Assembly (NCBI GenBank): GCA_009991955.1
Contig: JAACWS010000017.1
Coordinates: 8,486 to 72,485 of the forward strand
Length of the DNA stretch: 64,000 nt
Origin: Spirochaetales bacterium
GTDB taxonomy: Bacteria; Spirochaetota; Spirochaetia; DSM-27196; Salinispiraceae
Direction: 5' to 3'
A program made the position numbers and the translations under genes. The notes under the pieces are model-generated. The model worked only from the letters and a program-made list of their open reading frames with translations. It searched no databases and had not been told where the DNA came from. This document shows positions 20,317 to 29,240 of this stretch, piece after piece (position 1 is the stretch's first letter; every line of letters begins with the position of its first letter).

Positions 20317-20385
20317 TTTGACGCAAATGGGTCATTGCGGTGCAATGACCGACTTACACGCAAAGGAAGATTCCAGAGTTACCAA
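20285..20385 (+). promoter_or_regulatory. copy 1 of a repeated ~100-nt conserved element (core agtttgacgc-N6-GTCATTGCggtGCAATGACcgacttaca) overlapping phoU 3' end / phoB leader
   Basis: about 80% identical to 63553-63655; 28-nt core identical; 8-bp perfect inverted repeat 20331-20338/20342-20349; flanking IR GGGTACCTCTG…CAGAGTTACC. Confidence 0.5.
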
Positions 20386-20401
20386 ACCCTAGGAGATAAC
20401 T

Positions 20402-21100
20402 ATGGCCAAAGAAGTCATCCTCGTAGTTGAAGACGAAACAGATATTCTGGAACTCATTCGATACAATCTGGAAAGGGAGGGGTATCAGGTCCTTACCGCC
20501 GAAACCGGCGAGGAAGGTTTGGCTACGGCCACAAAAAAGGTAGTCGACTTGGTACTCCTAGACCTGATGCTTCCTGGCCTCGATGGAATCGAGGTGTGTC
20601 GGCGGCTCAAAACCGCTGAATCTACCCGAGGCATACCGGTTCTTATGGTTACTGCCAAGGGTGAAGACTCGGACATTGTAACGGGACTAGAAATTGGGGC
20701 CGACGACTACGTGACCAAACCCTTCAGCCCCAAAGTACTGCTGGCCCGGATTCGTACCCTCCTTAGACGAAAATCCCTCCGTCTCACCCCCACTTCCGAG
20801 GGCGAGCGTTTTTCTATCCACGGCATAGTCATTGATCAGGGACGGCACGAGGTAACCTACCAAGGGAACCCAATTCCCCTCAGCGCGACAGAGTTTTCTA
20901 TTCTCGAATTTTTGGCTCGGAACCCCGGTTGGGTATTCTCCCGGAATAAAATTATCGATGGAGTCAAAGGAAAAGATTATCCTGTAACCGAACGTTCGGT
21001 GGACGTCCAAATCCTTGGGTTACGAAAGAAACTCGGGGAGGCAGGCGACCTCATAGAGACTATTCGAGGAGTGGGCTACCGTTTCCGCCCCGAGGAGTAA
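20402..21100 (+). CDS. phoB: OmpR/PhoB-family winged-helix response regulator
   Basis: 232 aa; receiver domain (…VDLVLLDLMLPGLDG…), C-terminal trans_reg_C; sits between phoU and a PhoR-like kinase. Confidence 0.85.
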   Translation: MAKEVILVVEDETDILELIRYNLEREGYQVLTAETGEEGLATATKKVVDLVLLDLMLPGLDGIEVCRRLKTAESTRGIPVLMVTAKGEDSDIVTGLEIGADDYVTKPFSPKVLLARIRTLLRRKSLRLTPTSEGERFSIHGIVIDQGRHEVTYQGNPIPLSATEFSILEFLARNPGWVFSRNKIIDGVKGKDYPVTERSVDVQILGLRKKLGEAGDLIETIRGVGYRFRPEE

Positions 21101-21299
21101 ACCCCTGGTTGTTGTAGTTCTTTCTCTAGGCTTCACTATCGCACTCCTTCTTCTGGTTGTAACCGGACGCGAACTCTCGAAACAAAAACAAGAATTCTCG
21201 CTCCTCGAACAGAAGGCCCTGGCCCATTCTCTTGCCCATCAAGAACTTCTTACCCACAACCGGGCCCTCCAAGCCCGGGGAGCCGAGGCCCAACAAATC

Positions 21300-22325
21300 T
21301 TGGAGCAATTGGCCGAAGCAGTGTTGGTCTTGGATAATCGCAAACGGATTCTTATGATGAACCAAGCCGCCAAGAATTGGTTACTCGATGACCCCTCGGG
21401 ACCAATCCCTGAAGCCCTCGAGCTCCTTGGAAGCACAGAATTCTTGGGGGCCTTCGAGGCAAGTCAACACACCGAAGATATAGTTCGCCGAGAAAGTAAA
21501 ATTTACCGCCGAGGCGAAGAAAAAACCGTGCACATTTCGAGCCAGAAAATTCTCTCTCCCCCCCGGGTCATTCTCATAGTTCACGACATCTCTCGGACGG
21601 TCAAACTCGAATCCATGCGCCAAGAGTTTGTGGCCAACGTCAGCCACGAGCTCAAAACCCCCGTTACCTCAATCCTCGGTTTTGTCGAAACCCTCTTGGA
21701 CGAGGACGATGGAAAGGCTCCTCAGAGGGCGAAATTTCTTGGGATAATCTATAAACAATCCGAACGACTTCGAAACATAATCGAAGACCTACTCACCCTT
21801 TCCCGTTTAGAGCAGGAGGGGAACTCGGTGCGTCTCGAGCCAGGCAATCCAATCCAAGTAGTTTCCCGGGCCCTGGAAGCCTGTAGCGACAAAGCGGACA
21901 AAAAGGGAACGCAAGTTCAGTTCCAATCGAGCTTCGACGGTACCCTGGCGATGAATGCGCCCCTGCTCGAACAAGCCATAATCAACCTGGTTGAAAATGG
22001 AATAAAGTACGGGAATCCCGGCGGCAAGGTTGAAGTAGTTTTAGAAAGACAAACGGATTCCCTGGTCATTTCGGTCCACGACGATGGTCCTGGAATTCCC
22101 CAACGAGAATTAGAAGCTGTCTTCCAACGGTTTTATCGCCTGGACAAGGCTCGTAGTCGAGCCCAGGGAGGGACAGGGCTTGGCTTGTCTATCGTCAAAC
22201 ACATCGCCCGGGTTCATCGGGGGACAGTCAAGGCCCAAAGTTCCCTGGGACGGGGTTCGGTATTTACTTTGACCATACCTTTTGTTCAACCGGAGGATGA
22301 AGTCGAAATTGGGCTTTCGTCCTAG
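21300..22325 (+). CDS. phoR: PhoR-like sensor histidine kinase (PAS-HisKA-HATPase); N-terminal TM anchor apparently encoded upstream (21102-21299) without a canonical start
   Basis: 341 aa from TTG 21300; H-box SHELKTPVTSI, N/G boxes; in-frame upstream sequence encodes LVVVVLSLGFTIALLLLVV (TM) but contains no ATG/GTG/TTG. Confidence 0.8.
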   Translation: MEQLAEAVLVLDNRKRILMMNQAAKNWLLDDPSGPIPEALELLGSTEFLGAFEASQHTEDIVRRESKIYRRGEEKTVHISSQKILSPPRVILIVHDISRTVKLESMRQEFVANVSHELKTPVTSILGFVETLLDEDDGKAPQRAKFLGIIYKQSERLRNIIEDLLTLSRLEQEGNSVRLEPGNPIQVVSRALEACSDKADKKGTQVQFQSSFDGTLAMNAPLLEQAIINLVENGIKYGNPGGKVEVVLERQTDSLVISVHDDGPGIPQRELEAVFQRFYRLDKARSRAQGGTGLGLSIVKHIARVHRGTVKAQSSLGRGSVFTLTIPFVQPEDEVEIGLSS

Positions 22326-23770
22326 GGGATTATGAGCTGGAGAGCACCAATGAGCGCCCCTAAAATGCCACCAAAGAGGTTGATCCACTTAAAATGTTTG
22401 GCCATGATGGACAAAAGAAGTTCTTCAACCTGGAGCACATCAAGGTCATTTATCCTATTCTCGACGAGGTTCTGGATATCCAAATTCTGCACCATTCCTG
22501 GTACAGTCTGTTCTAATACCCTACTTAAGGTCTGACTCAATCCAGTTTGGGGTTGCACAAGGGCGGTCGAGTCCCGCAAAATCAGGTCAAAAATCTGCTG
22601 TAAAAACCCTTCCAAATTCCCCGGTTGAAAAAACCAGACTTCGAACCAGTGCCCAAAATCACCAAAAAACTCATCAATTCCGCGATTAGTCACAAACTCT
22701 AGCACCCTGTTCAAATCCACATCCCCATGGGAATCGCGAAATCGCCGCAGCAGTATTTGAACCCGCAACCCTATTCGCTCCCTCTTTGCCGCCGTGAGGG
22801 CTGCTAGGCCGCCCTGCTCTACCAACGAGGCTATATCCCTATTGATATGGGCTTCCAGTTGCTGGAGAGGGGTCGTCGACAGGCGCTCAAGGAGTTCGGC
22901 CACCGCGGCCAAAATCTTTTTCTTGTTGTCGGGATTACGAAGGCTCTCGTCCAAGGTAGCAAGAAGGTCGCTAATAATTTCGGGCATCCGCTCGGTCATG
23001 GTCCGGTCGTACTGACCGGCGCTTATGAGAAACCTCTGGACCGATGACAGCTGGTTCAGTACCTGCCCGAATATTTGGGTACCCCGTCGAATGAGCTCCC
23101 GTTTCACCTCTGGCCGACGTAACCATTCGGTTAAGAACTCGGTCACCGGCTCGTACAGGGTCTGGGATAGCTTTGCCAACGAACTCCTCACCTCGCCGGT
23201 CAGGAGCCCTTCAAGACTTCTATTCTCCACCGTATACTGTCGGGCCAGGTCCGCTAGGTAACTCACTATTTTTGGACCTACACCTTGATCAAATTGATTC
23301 TCTAAGACCCGCCGAGAGATCCGTTTGATGAGCCCAGGGCTCAAGATTTTTTCCAGGGGGATTTTTCCCACCGACTCACCCAAGGTCGTCAATATTCCTC
23401 GGATATCCTCGGGACCCACAATACCCCGGACAAACTCCGAGGCCCGACTGGCAAAGGGTGAGTGTTCGGTAGCGTCGACCAGGGCGCGGGACACCGATTG
23501 CTGAAAGTCCGGATTCCGCAGGTGGGCCAAAACCGCCTCGGGGCTCAGGAGTTTTCCCGACACCATGCGGCCGATACTCCTGGCCAAGGATCCCTGCTGT
23601 CGCGGAATAATACCCGGGGTAAAGGGAACCCGTATTCCAAAGATTCGATACTCCTTGAGGGGACGAAAGAGCATTCGAATTGCAATGACGTTAGTGACAA
23701 ACCCAATACCCGCCCCAAGGACTATAGGAAGGGCAATATTGAGAATTTTGTCGAGAGGAAGATTATTCAT
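22322..23770 (-). CDS. DUF445-family membrane protein
   Basis: 482 aa; N- and C-terminal TM helices, N-terminal …IAIRMLFRPLKEY…GIIPRQQ… typical of DUF445/YjiN-like proteins. Confidence 0.55.
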   Translation of the reverse strand: MNNLPLDKILNIALPIVLGAGIGFVTNVIAIRMLFRPLKEYRIFGIRVPFTPGIIPRQQGSLARSIGRMVSGKLLSPEAVLAHLRNPDFQQSVSRALVDATEHSPFASRASEFVRGIVGPEDIRGILTTLGESVGKIPLEKILSPGLIKRISRRVLENQFDQGVGPKIVSYLADLARQYTVENRSLEGLLTGEVRSSLAKLSQTLYEPVTEFLTEWLRRPEVKRELIRRGTQIFGQVLNQLSSVQRFLISAGQYDRTMTERMPEIISDLLATLDESLRNPDNKKKILAAVAELLERLSTTPLQQLEAHINRDIASLVEQGGLAALTAAKRERIGLRVQILLRRFRDSHGDVDLNRVLEFVTNRGIDEFFGDFGHWFEVWFFQPGNLEGFLQQIFDLILRDSTALVQPQTGLSQTLSRVLEQTVPGMVQNLDIQNLVENRINDLDVLQVEELLLSIMAKHFKWINLFGGILGALIGALQLIIP

Positions 23771-24185
23771 TCGCCGCCCTTAGCTGGGTCGCCGCATTTT
23801 GGGCCCGGGCCAGGTTCGCATAAATTTCCAAATCACCTCCAAAAATCCACCCGGAAAACTCCGTGCCGTCGGTAGCGAACCGAACGTAGTACCAGTAGTC
23901 GAGTTTCCGCGATACCAAGCTCTGGCCCGATGAAGCCGCCTCGATGGTTCCAATTTCTCCCAATCGTACCGGATTGCGCACTGGCGACTGGGGATTTGGT
24001 AATTCGTGGACCCGGGCGTAGGGTTTTATAACCAGGGCGGCGTTCCCCCGGGCTATAAGCACTTGTTCGGAAGGTAGATCCAACTGTGGTAATTCATCGC
24101 CCCCACAAGAACCAAGCATAAAGAGCAGAATGAGTCCAAAAAGGGAGTAGAGGTGCCCGTGTTTTGTTGCTTTTCGGCCGGTCAT
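23763..24185 (-). CDS. small lipoprotein with SH3-like domain
   Basis: 140 aa; lipobox LGSCGG; C-terminal YWYYVRFATDGTEFSGWIFGGDL resembles bacterial SH3. Confidence 0.5.
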   Translation of the reverse strand: MTGRKATKHGHLYSLFGLILLFMLGSCGGDELPQLDLPSEQVLIARGNAALVIKPYARVHELPNPQSPVRNPVRLGEIGTIEAASSGQSLVSRKLDYWYYVRFATDGTEFSGWIFGGDLEIYANLARAQNAATQLRAANE

Positions 24186-24241
24186 TGGTATGGCCCTCTC
24201 ATGTTCTTCCCTTTTTCTCGCTTCCTCATTACCCTATACCT

Positions 24242-24895
24242 ATGCTGCTATCTTTTGCCCGGCAAAGTATAGGCATATTCCTCACTTTTGTCATGATTCT
24301 CGGCCTGGGCTCAGGGTCGGTGTTCGCTTCTGGGCCCCAGGCTGCGGCTTCCCCGATTAGCGACAGTCAACATCCGACTGGGCTGTCGTCGGGTTTGTCG
24401 ACCGGGCTTTTGGGCCTCGGCCTCGGCGATCCTCTGCTGGGCGAGGGGCTGTATCCTTTCTGGTACGGCAATCTACTGTTTTCCGCCCGGTTTCGCTTGG
24501 CTGCAAGGCTTGGGCTGGTACTCTCTTACACTCCGGGTTTCCAGCTCCCCATAACTCTGCCTGGCTCGGTAGTTATTCCTCGGGGCTCGGTCTATTCTCG
24601 GTTAGGCCTCAACCTTTCGGGATTTTTCCCTCTTTCGGTCCAGGACGATTTTCCAATTCGGGCCCTGGTACTTCAAGGGGGGTTTGGTGCCCAGTACGGC
24701 CGCTACCTCTACACCCAGGTCTTTTCGTTCTACCCCGATTTCGAGGTATCTCTGTTGACCTGGTCTCTTCCCTTCGGTGATTTCCCAATTGGTATTCTCG
24801 CCGGCCCCCATATGCTGTGGGCCCTCCGCCGGGATCCAGGAATGAGCCTTAGCATTGGAATGCAAACAAACTTTGTGGTACGTTTTGACCGATGA
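24242..24895 (+). CDS. hypothetical secreted Gly/Leu-rich beta-strand-rich protein (possible outer-membrane protein)
   Basis: ATG 24242 gives a signal peptide MLLSFARQSIGIFLTFVMILGLGSGSVFA; alternating hydrophobic pattern; ATGA overlap with downstream caspase-like gene. Confidence 0.45.
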   Translation: MLLSFARQSIGIFLTFVMILGLGSGSVFASGPQAAASPISDSQHPTGLSSGLSTGLLGLGLGDPLLGEGLYPFWYGNLLFSARFRLAARLGLVLSYTPGFQLPITLPGSVVIPRGSVYSRLGLNLSGFFPLSVQDDFPIRALVLQGGFGAQYGRYLYTQVFSFYPDFEVSLLTWSLPFGDFPIGILAGPHMLWALRRDPGMSLSIGMQTNFVVRFDR

Positions 24896-25923
24896 AAGGT
24901 AAAAATCTTGTATTTATGGTCGCCCTTGGGGTGATTTTTCTCTTGCTGTCCAGCTGCGCTTTTCAGCTGGAATATACACCAACCCGCTATGCATTGGTGT
25001 ATGGGGTGGGGGATTATACTTTAACAAACACATCTCAGCCTACCATAGGTTCGGCTACCCTTCCGAATATCCCAGGGGCCAGTAACGACGCCCAGGACTT
25101 TGGTAATCTTCTCACTCCATTAGGTTTTTCGGTTACCACCAAAACAGACGCCGCTGCGACGTACACTGCGATATCCGCCGATATCGCGGATCATGCGACC
25201 AAAGCAAAACCCGGAGACACTGTCCTCTTTTACTTCGCCGGCCACGGCGCAGTGGTATACGAAGACGAAAAGGGGGACTCACAACTCTTTTTTGCGAATC
25301 GAACTACCTCGACAACTGGCGATAACCAGGAGCAGTACACGAACGCTCGTTCTTTTGTGTTTCCATATCGAGATGCGAACTGGAATGTAGGAGACCCAGA
25401 ACTCATTACCAACACCGTTCTTACTACTTTCTTCGATGGTTACGATCCTGGGGTGAATATAGTAATTGTTGTCGATGCTTGCTTCGCTGGAGGGCTCATT
25501 GTCGAAAGCGGCGTAGGGGTAAATGAATTGCCCAGAAGTTATTCCCAAAGTAGCCTTTATTATATAGAGTCAGAAAATGTTCCCGTTTTGCCGACTACAG
25601 TGAGCCGATTTCTAACCTACACCCGTGAAGACCGGTCGAATTTCTTCTATATCAGTGCAGCGGGTCCCCTCGAAGAAAGCTGGGAGGTCCTTGATTCTCA
25701 AAGTAACCGTAGGAATGGGGTTTTCACGACTGCCCTACGTTCCGCATTAGAAGATCCGAATACCGACATGAATCGAGACAACCTTATCACCTTCGATGAG
25801 ACTTACCAAAAAGCGTACAGGGACATAAGTTCAAACTGGAATGCGGTCTATACCTACAGAGCCCAATACCTCCCCCACATCTCGACCGGCTCCATGGACC
25901 TGGTCCTCTACGAGTTGCCGTAA
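24892..25923 (+). CDS. caspase-like (peptidase C14) lipoprotein
   Basis: 343 aa; lipobox LLSSC; catalytic dyad context FYFAGHG … VIVVDACFAGG typical of caspase/metacaspase/orthocaspase. Confidence 0.7.
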   Translation: MKGKNLVFMVALGVIFLLLSSCAFQLEYTPTRYALVYGVGDYTLTNTSQPTIGSATLPNIPGASNDAQDFGNLLTPLGFSVTTKTDAAATYTAISADIADHATKAKPGDTVLFYFAGHGAVVYEDEKGDSQLFFANRTTSTTGDNQEQYTNARSFVFPYRDANWNVGDPELITNTVLTTFFDGYDPGVNIVIVVDACFAGGLIVESGVGVNELPRSYSQSSLYYIESENVPVLPTTVSRFLTYTREDRSNFFYISAAGPLEESWEVLDSQSNRRNGVFTTALRSALEDPNTDMNRDNLITFDETYQKAYRDISSNWNAVYTYRAQYLPHISTGSMDLVLYELP

Positions 25924-25950
25924 TTCTGTACCTCGGCTCTCCAAGGGTCC

Positions 25951-27936
25951 TCAGCCCTCTTTCAGCTTCTGAATCTCGTCCCGAACGACCGCCGCTTGTT
26001 CAAATTCTAAATTTTTTGCGTGCTCCAACATCTGCTGTTCCAGGGCGACGATAAGTTTCTTCTTTTGTCCGGGAATGAGTACGTTGTATTCGGACTTTAA
26101 GACCTCAATATTTTGGGTCTCAGCTGCTCGCTTATGCTCTTTTTCTCGTTCGAGGATCGATCGAACAGATTTTTGAATCGTTTGGGGAGTGATTCCATGC
26201 TCTTCATTATAGGCTGTTTGTATACCTCGCCGACGATTGGTCTCTCGAATCGCCTCGTCCATGGCCGGAGACATCCGGTCGGCGTACATAAGGACCTTAC
26301 CATTTGAATTCCGGGCTGCTCGACCGATGGTCTGAATCAAACTCGTCGCCGATCGCAAAAAACCAACCTTGTCGGCGTCCAAGATACAAATTAGGCTTAC
26401 CTCGGGTAGGTCGAGTCCCTCCCTCAGGAGGTTAATTCCAACCAAGACATCAAAGGTTCCTTCCCGCAACTCGGTCAATATTTCGACCCGCTCGATAGTC
26501 TCGATTTCCGAGTGTAGGTATCGTACCTTTAGACCAAGGCCAGTTAGATAGTCGGTTAAATCCTCGGACATTTTTTTGGTCAAAGTCGTCACCAAGGTCC
26601 GCTCACCAGCCGCAATTCGAAGTCGAATCTCCCCGTACAAGTCCTCGATTTGACCCTTCGATGGTCGTACCTCAATTTCCGGGTCTAGGAGACCGGTGGG
26701 TCGAATTACCAACTCCGCAAAACCCTTGGCCTTCTCCAACTCAAGATTAGCCGGGGTCGCAGAAACAAATACGACCCGGTCGAGGAGACCTTCAAACTCC
26801 TCGTAAAAAAGTGGCCGATTGTCCAGGGCAGAGGGTAGGCGAAATCCAAAGTCCACCAAGTTCTGCTTCCGTGAACGGTCCCCCATGTACATACCCCTCA
26901 CCTGCGGTAGGGTGACGTGGGACTCATCAACAAAGGTAAGGAACTTATCGGGAAAATAGTCCAATAACACCGCCGGCCTCTCGCCGGCCTTTCGAAAGGT
27001 CAGGTGCCGACTGTAGTTCTCTATTCCGGGGCAATAGCCCATCTCGTGAAGCATCTCCAAGTCGTACTTGGTTCGACTCTTTAGTCGCTGAGCCTCTACC
27101 AGTTTTCCGGCAGCCTCTAAATCTTCCAGGCGCTGTTCCAACTCCGACTCAATTTGCCCCACGGCCTTCTGAATCAGGTCCTCGGGCATAACAAAATGTT
27201 TTGCTGGGTATATGACCAAAGTATCAAGATCCTCCAGCACCTCGCCGGTCAGGGGGTGGATTTCAGAAATCCGCGCAACCTCATCCCATTCCATCTCTAT
27301 TCGATAGGCCGAGTCCTGGGTATAGGCGGGATAAATTTCGATGACGTCCCCCCGGATCCGAAATACCCCCCGCTGCATCACCGCGTCGTTCCGGTCATAC
27401 TGCAAGGATACCAGCCGCGATCGCAGTTGGGGCATTTCCAAGGCAGTGCCCTTGTCGATCCTAATCTTCATGTCCTTGTAGTCCCGGGGGCTACCCAGAC
27501 CATAAATACACGAAACCGTTGCCACAACAATAACATCTGGCCGTTCTATTAAGTTTGCGGTGGCAGCCAATCGCAACCGATCAATCTCTTCATTGATCGA
27601 AGAATCCTTCTCGATATACAAGTCTTTGGAAGCGACGTAGGCTTCGGGCTGGTAGTAGTCGTAGTAGGAAACAAAGTATTCCACCGCGTTGTCGGGAAAA
27701 AATTCTTTAAACTCCCGGTATAGCTGGGCTGCAAGTGTCTTATTGTGAGAAAGGACCAGGGTCGGCAGCTGAGTGCGCTCAATTATCTTGGCCATCGTGT
27801 AGGTCTTTCCTGACCCAGTAACACCCTTAATAGCCTGAAACTTCTGTCCCTTTTCTATTCCTTGGGTTATCTGCTCGATCGCCGTAGGCTGATCCCCCGC
27901 GGGTTCGTAGGGTGCTGCGACTCGAAATCGTTTCAT
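25951..27936 (-). CDS. uvrB: excinuclease ABC subunit B
   Basis: 661 aa; helicase motifs GVTGSGKT, beta-hairpin, C-terminal UVR domain. Confidence 0.95.
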   Translation of the reverse strand: MKRFRVAAPYEPAGDQPTAIEQITQGIEKGQKFQAIKGVTGSGKTYTMAKIIERTQLPTLVLSHNKTLAAQLYREFKEFFPDNAVEYFVSYYDYYQPEAYVASKDLYIEKDSSINEEIDRLRLAATANLIERPDVIVVATVSCIYGLGSPRDYKDMKIRIDKGTALEMPQLRSRLVSLQYDRNDAVMQRGVFRIRGDVIEIYPAYTQDSAYRIEMEWDEVARISEIHPLTGEVLEDLDTLVIYPAKHFVMPEDLIQKAVGQIESELEQRLEDLEAAGKLVEAQRLKSRTKYDLEMLHEMGYCPGIENYSRHLTFRKAGERPAVLLDYFPDKFLTFVDESHVTLPQVRGMYMGDRSRKQNLVDFGFRLPSALDNRPLFYEEFEGLLDRVVFVSATPANLELEKAKGFAELVIRPTGLLDPEIEVRPSKGQIEDLYGEIRLRIAAGERTLVTTLTKKMSEDLTDYLTGLGLKVRYLHSEIETIERVEILTELREGTFDVLVGINLLREGLDLPEVSLICILDADKVGFLRSATSLIQTIGRAARNSNGKVLMYADRMSPAMDEAIRETNRRRGIQTAYNEEHGITPQTIQKSVRSILEREKEHKRAAETQNIEVLKSEYNVLIPGQKKKLIVALEQQMLEHAKNLEFEQAAVVRDEIQKLKEG

Positions 27937-27941
27937 AGGCC

Positions 27942-29183
27942 CTACATGTACCGATCGGGGCGCAAAATTAGTTCAACCTCGGTCTCAAACTGTCTTCCAT
28001 TTCGAAGGTACACAACCTTCACCCTTTCTCCCGGTTTATTATCTTCCAGGGCGTCAAAAATATGGGCAAGAGTGCTCACACGAGTTCCATCAATTTCTAT
28101 GAGAATATCGCCACCCAAATAGATAATTGTATTCCCCGACCGAACAGCATTGCGGGGATTTCCTCCCCGAAGACCCGCTGCTTCCGCAGGCCCACCGGAC
28201 TCGATTTGAGAAATCAACACCCCTTCAGTTACGGGTAGCTGGGCGAAGGCTGCAAGTTGGGGGAAGATTTGAATAGGTACAATATCTATCCAACCCCGTT
28301 GGACCCGCCCAAACTCGATGAGGTCGGGTATAACCCTCTTGGCGGTTTCTACCGGCACGGCAAAACCAACCCCAACACTTCCCCCGGTTGGGGTAAAAAT
28401 CATTGTATTTACCCCAATGAGGTTACCCTGGTTGTCTAAGAGGGGCCCCCCGGAATTACCTGGATTTATCGATGCATCGGTCTGAATCATGTTATTGATA
28501 ATTTGCCCCGTCGAGGTACTAATTGGCCGCCCTAAACCGGATATTACCCCGGTAGTGAGGGTTCTATCAAAACTAAAGGGATTTCCAATCGCTAGTACCT
28601 TTTGCCCAACTCTCAATCCATCGGTAGAACCCAGGGGTATTACCGTAAGACGCTCAGTCCGAGGGTCAATCTTGAGTACCGCCAAATCGTTTTCTCTATC
28701 GACCCCAACAACCTCGGCTTCCAACCGAGTACCACTTGCCAGGGTTACGAATACCCTAACCGCACTCCGAATCACGTGGTTGTTTGTCAAGATATAGCCC
28801 CGGGAGTCAATTATTGATCCACTTCCCGACGAACCCTCTTGGGGAATCGGTTCAAAGAAGAGGCTATAGGCGAGGGTCTCGGTACTTATATTTACTACGC
28901 CCTCGTTCCTGGCTTCGTAGACCGAAATGTTATTCTGTTCGTCGGGGGTTAAAAACTGGCCCGCATTTATAGAAAGGGGCGTAATTCCCAGGTCCTCGGT
29001 CCCTACCAAGTTTAACTCCGGCAAAGGACGTACACCACTACCATTTTCTACTACATTTGTCGCTTCAGTAAGGTCTATCTCGCCATTTCCAAGGGGAATC
29101 AGACCAAAACCGAGCCCTCCAGCGAGGCCTATTACTACGCCTGCAATTACATACCCAAGGTGATTCGTCTTTGACCGTGCCAT
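27942..29183 (-). CDS. htrA: HtrA/DegP-family periplasmic serine protease with PDZ domain
   Basis: 413 aa; TM/signal anchor, catalytic triad context TNNHVI…DLAVLKI…GNSGGPL, C-terminal PDZ. Confidence 0.9.
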   Translation of the reverse strand: MARSKTNHLGYVIAGVVIGLAGGLGFGLIPLGNGEIDLTEATNVVENGSGVRPLPELNLVGTEDLGITPLSINAGQFLTPDEQNNISVYEARNEGVVNISTETLAYSLFFEPIPQEGSSGSGSIIDSRGYILTNNHVIRSAVRVFVTLASGTRLEAEVVGVDRENDLAVLKIDPRTERLTVIPLGSTDGLRVGQKVLAIGNPFSFDRTLTTGVISGLGRPISTSTGQIINNMIQTDASINPGNSGGPLLDNQGNLIGVNTMIFTPTGGSVGVGFAVPVETAKRVIPDLIEFGRVQRGWIDIVPIQIFPQLAAFAQLPVTEGVLISQIESGGPAEAAGLRGGNPRNAVRSGNTIIYLGGDILIEIDGTRVSTLAHIFDALEDNKPGERVKVVYLRNGRQFETEVELILRPDRYM

Positions 29184-29240
29184 AGTTCCTTTCGTTCCTC
29201 GGGGTTAATATACGGCGAATACCCTCGAACGCCAATCCTT

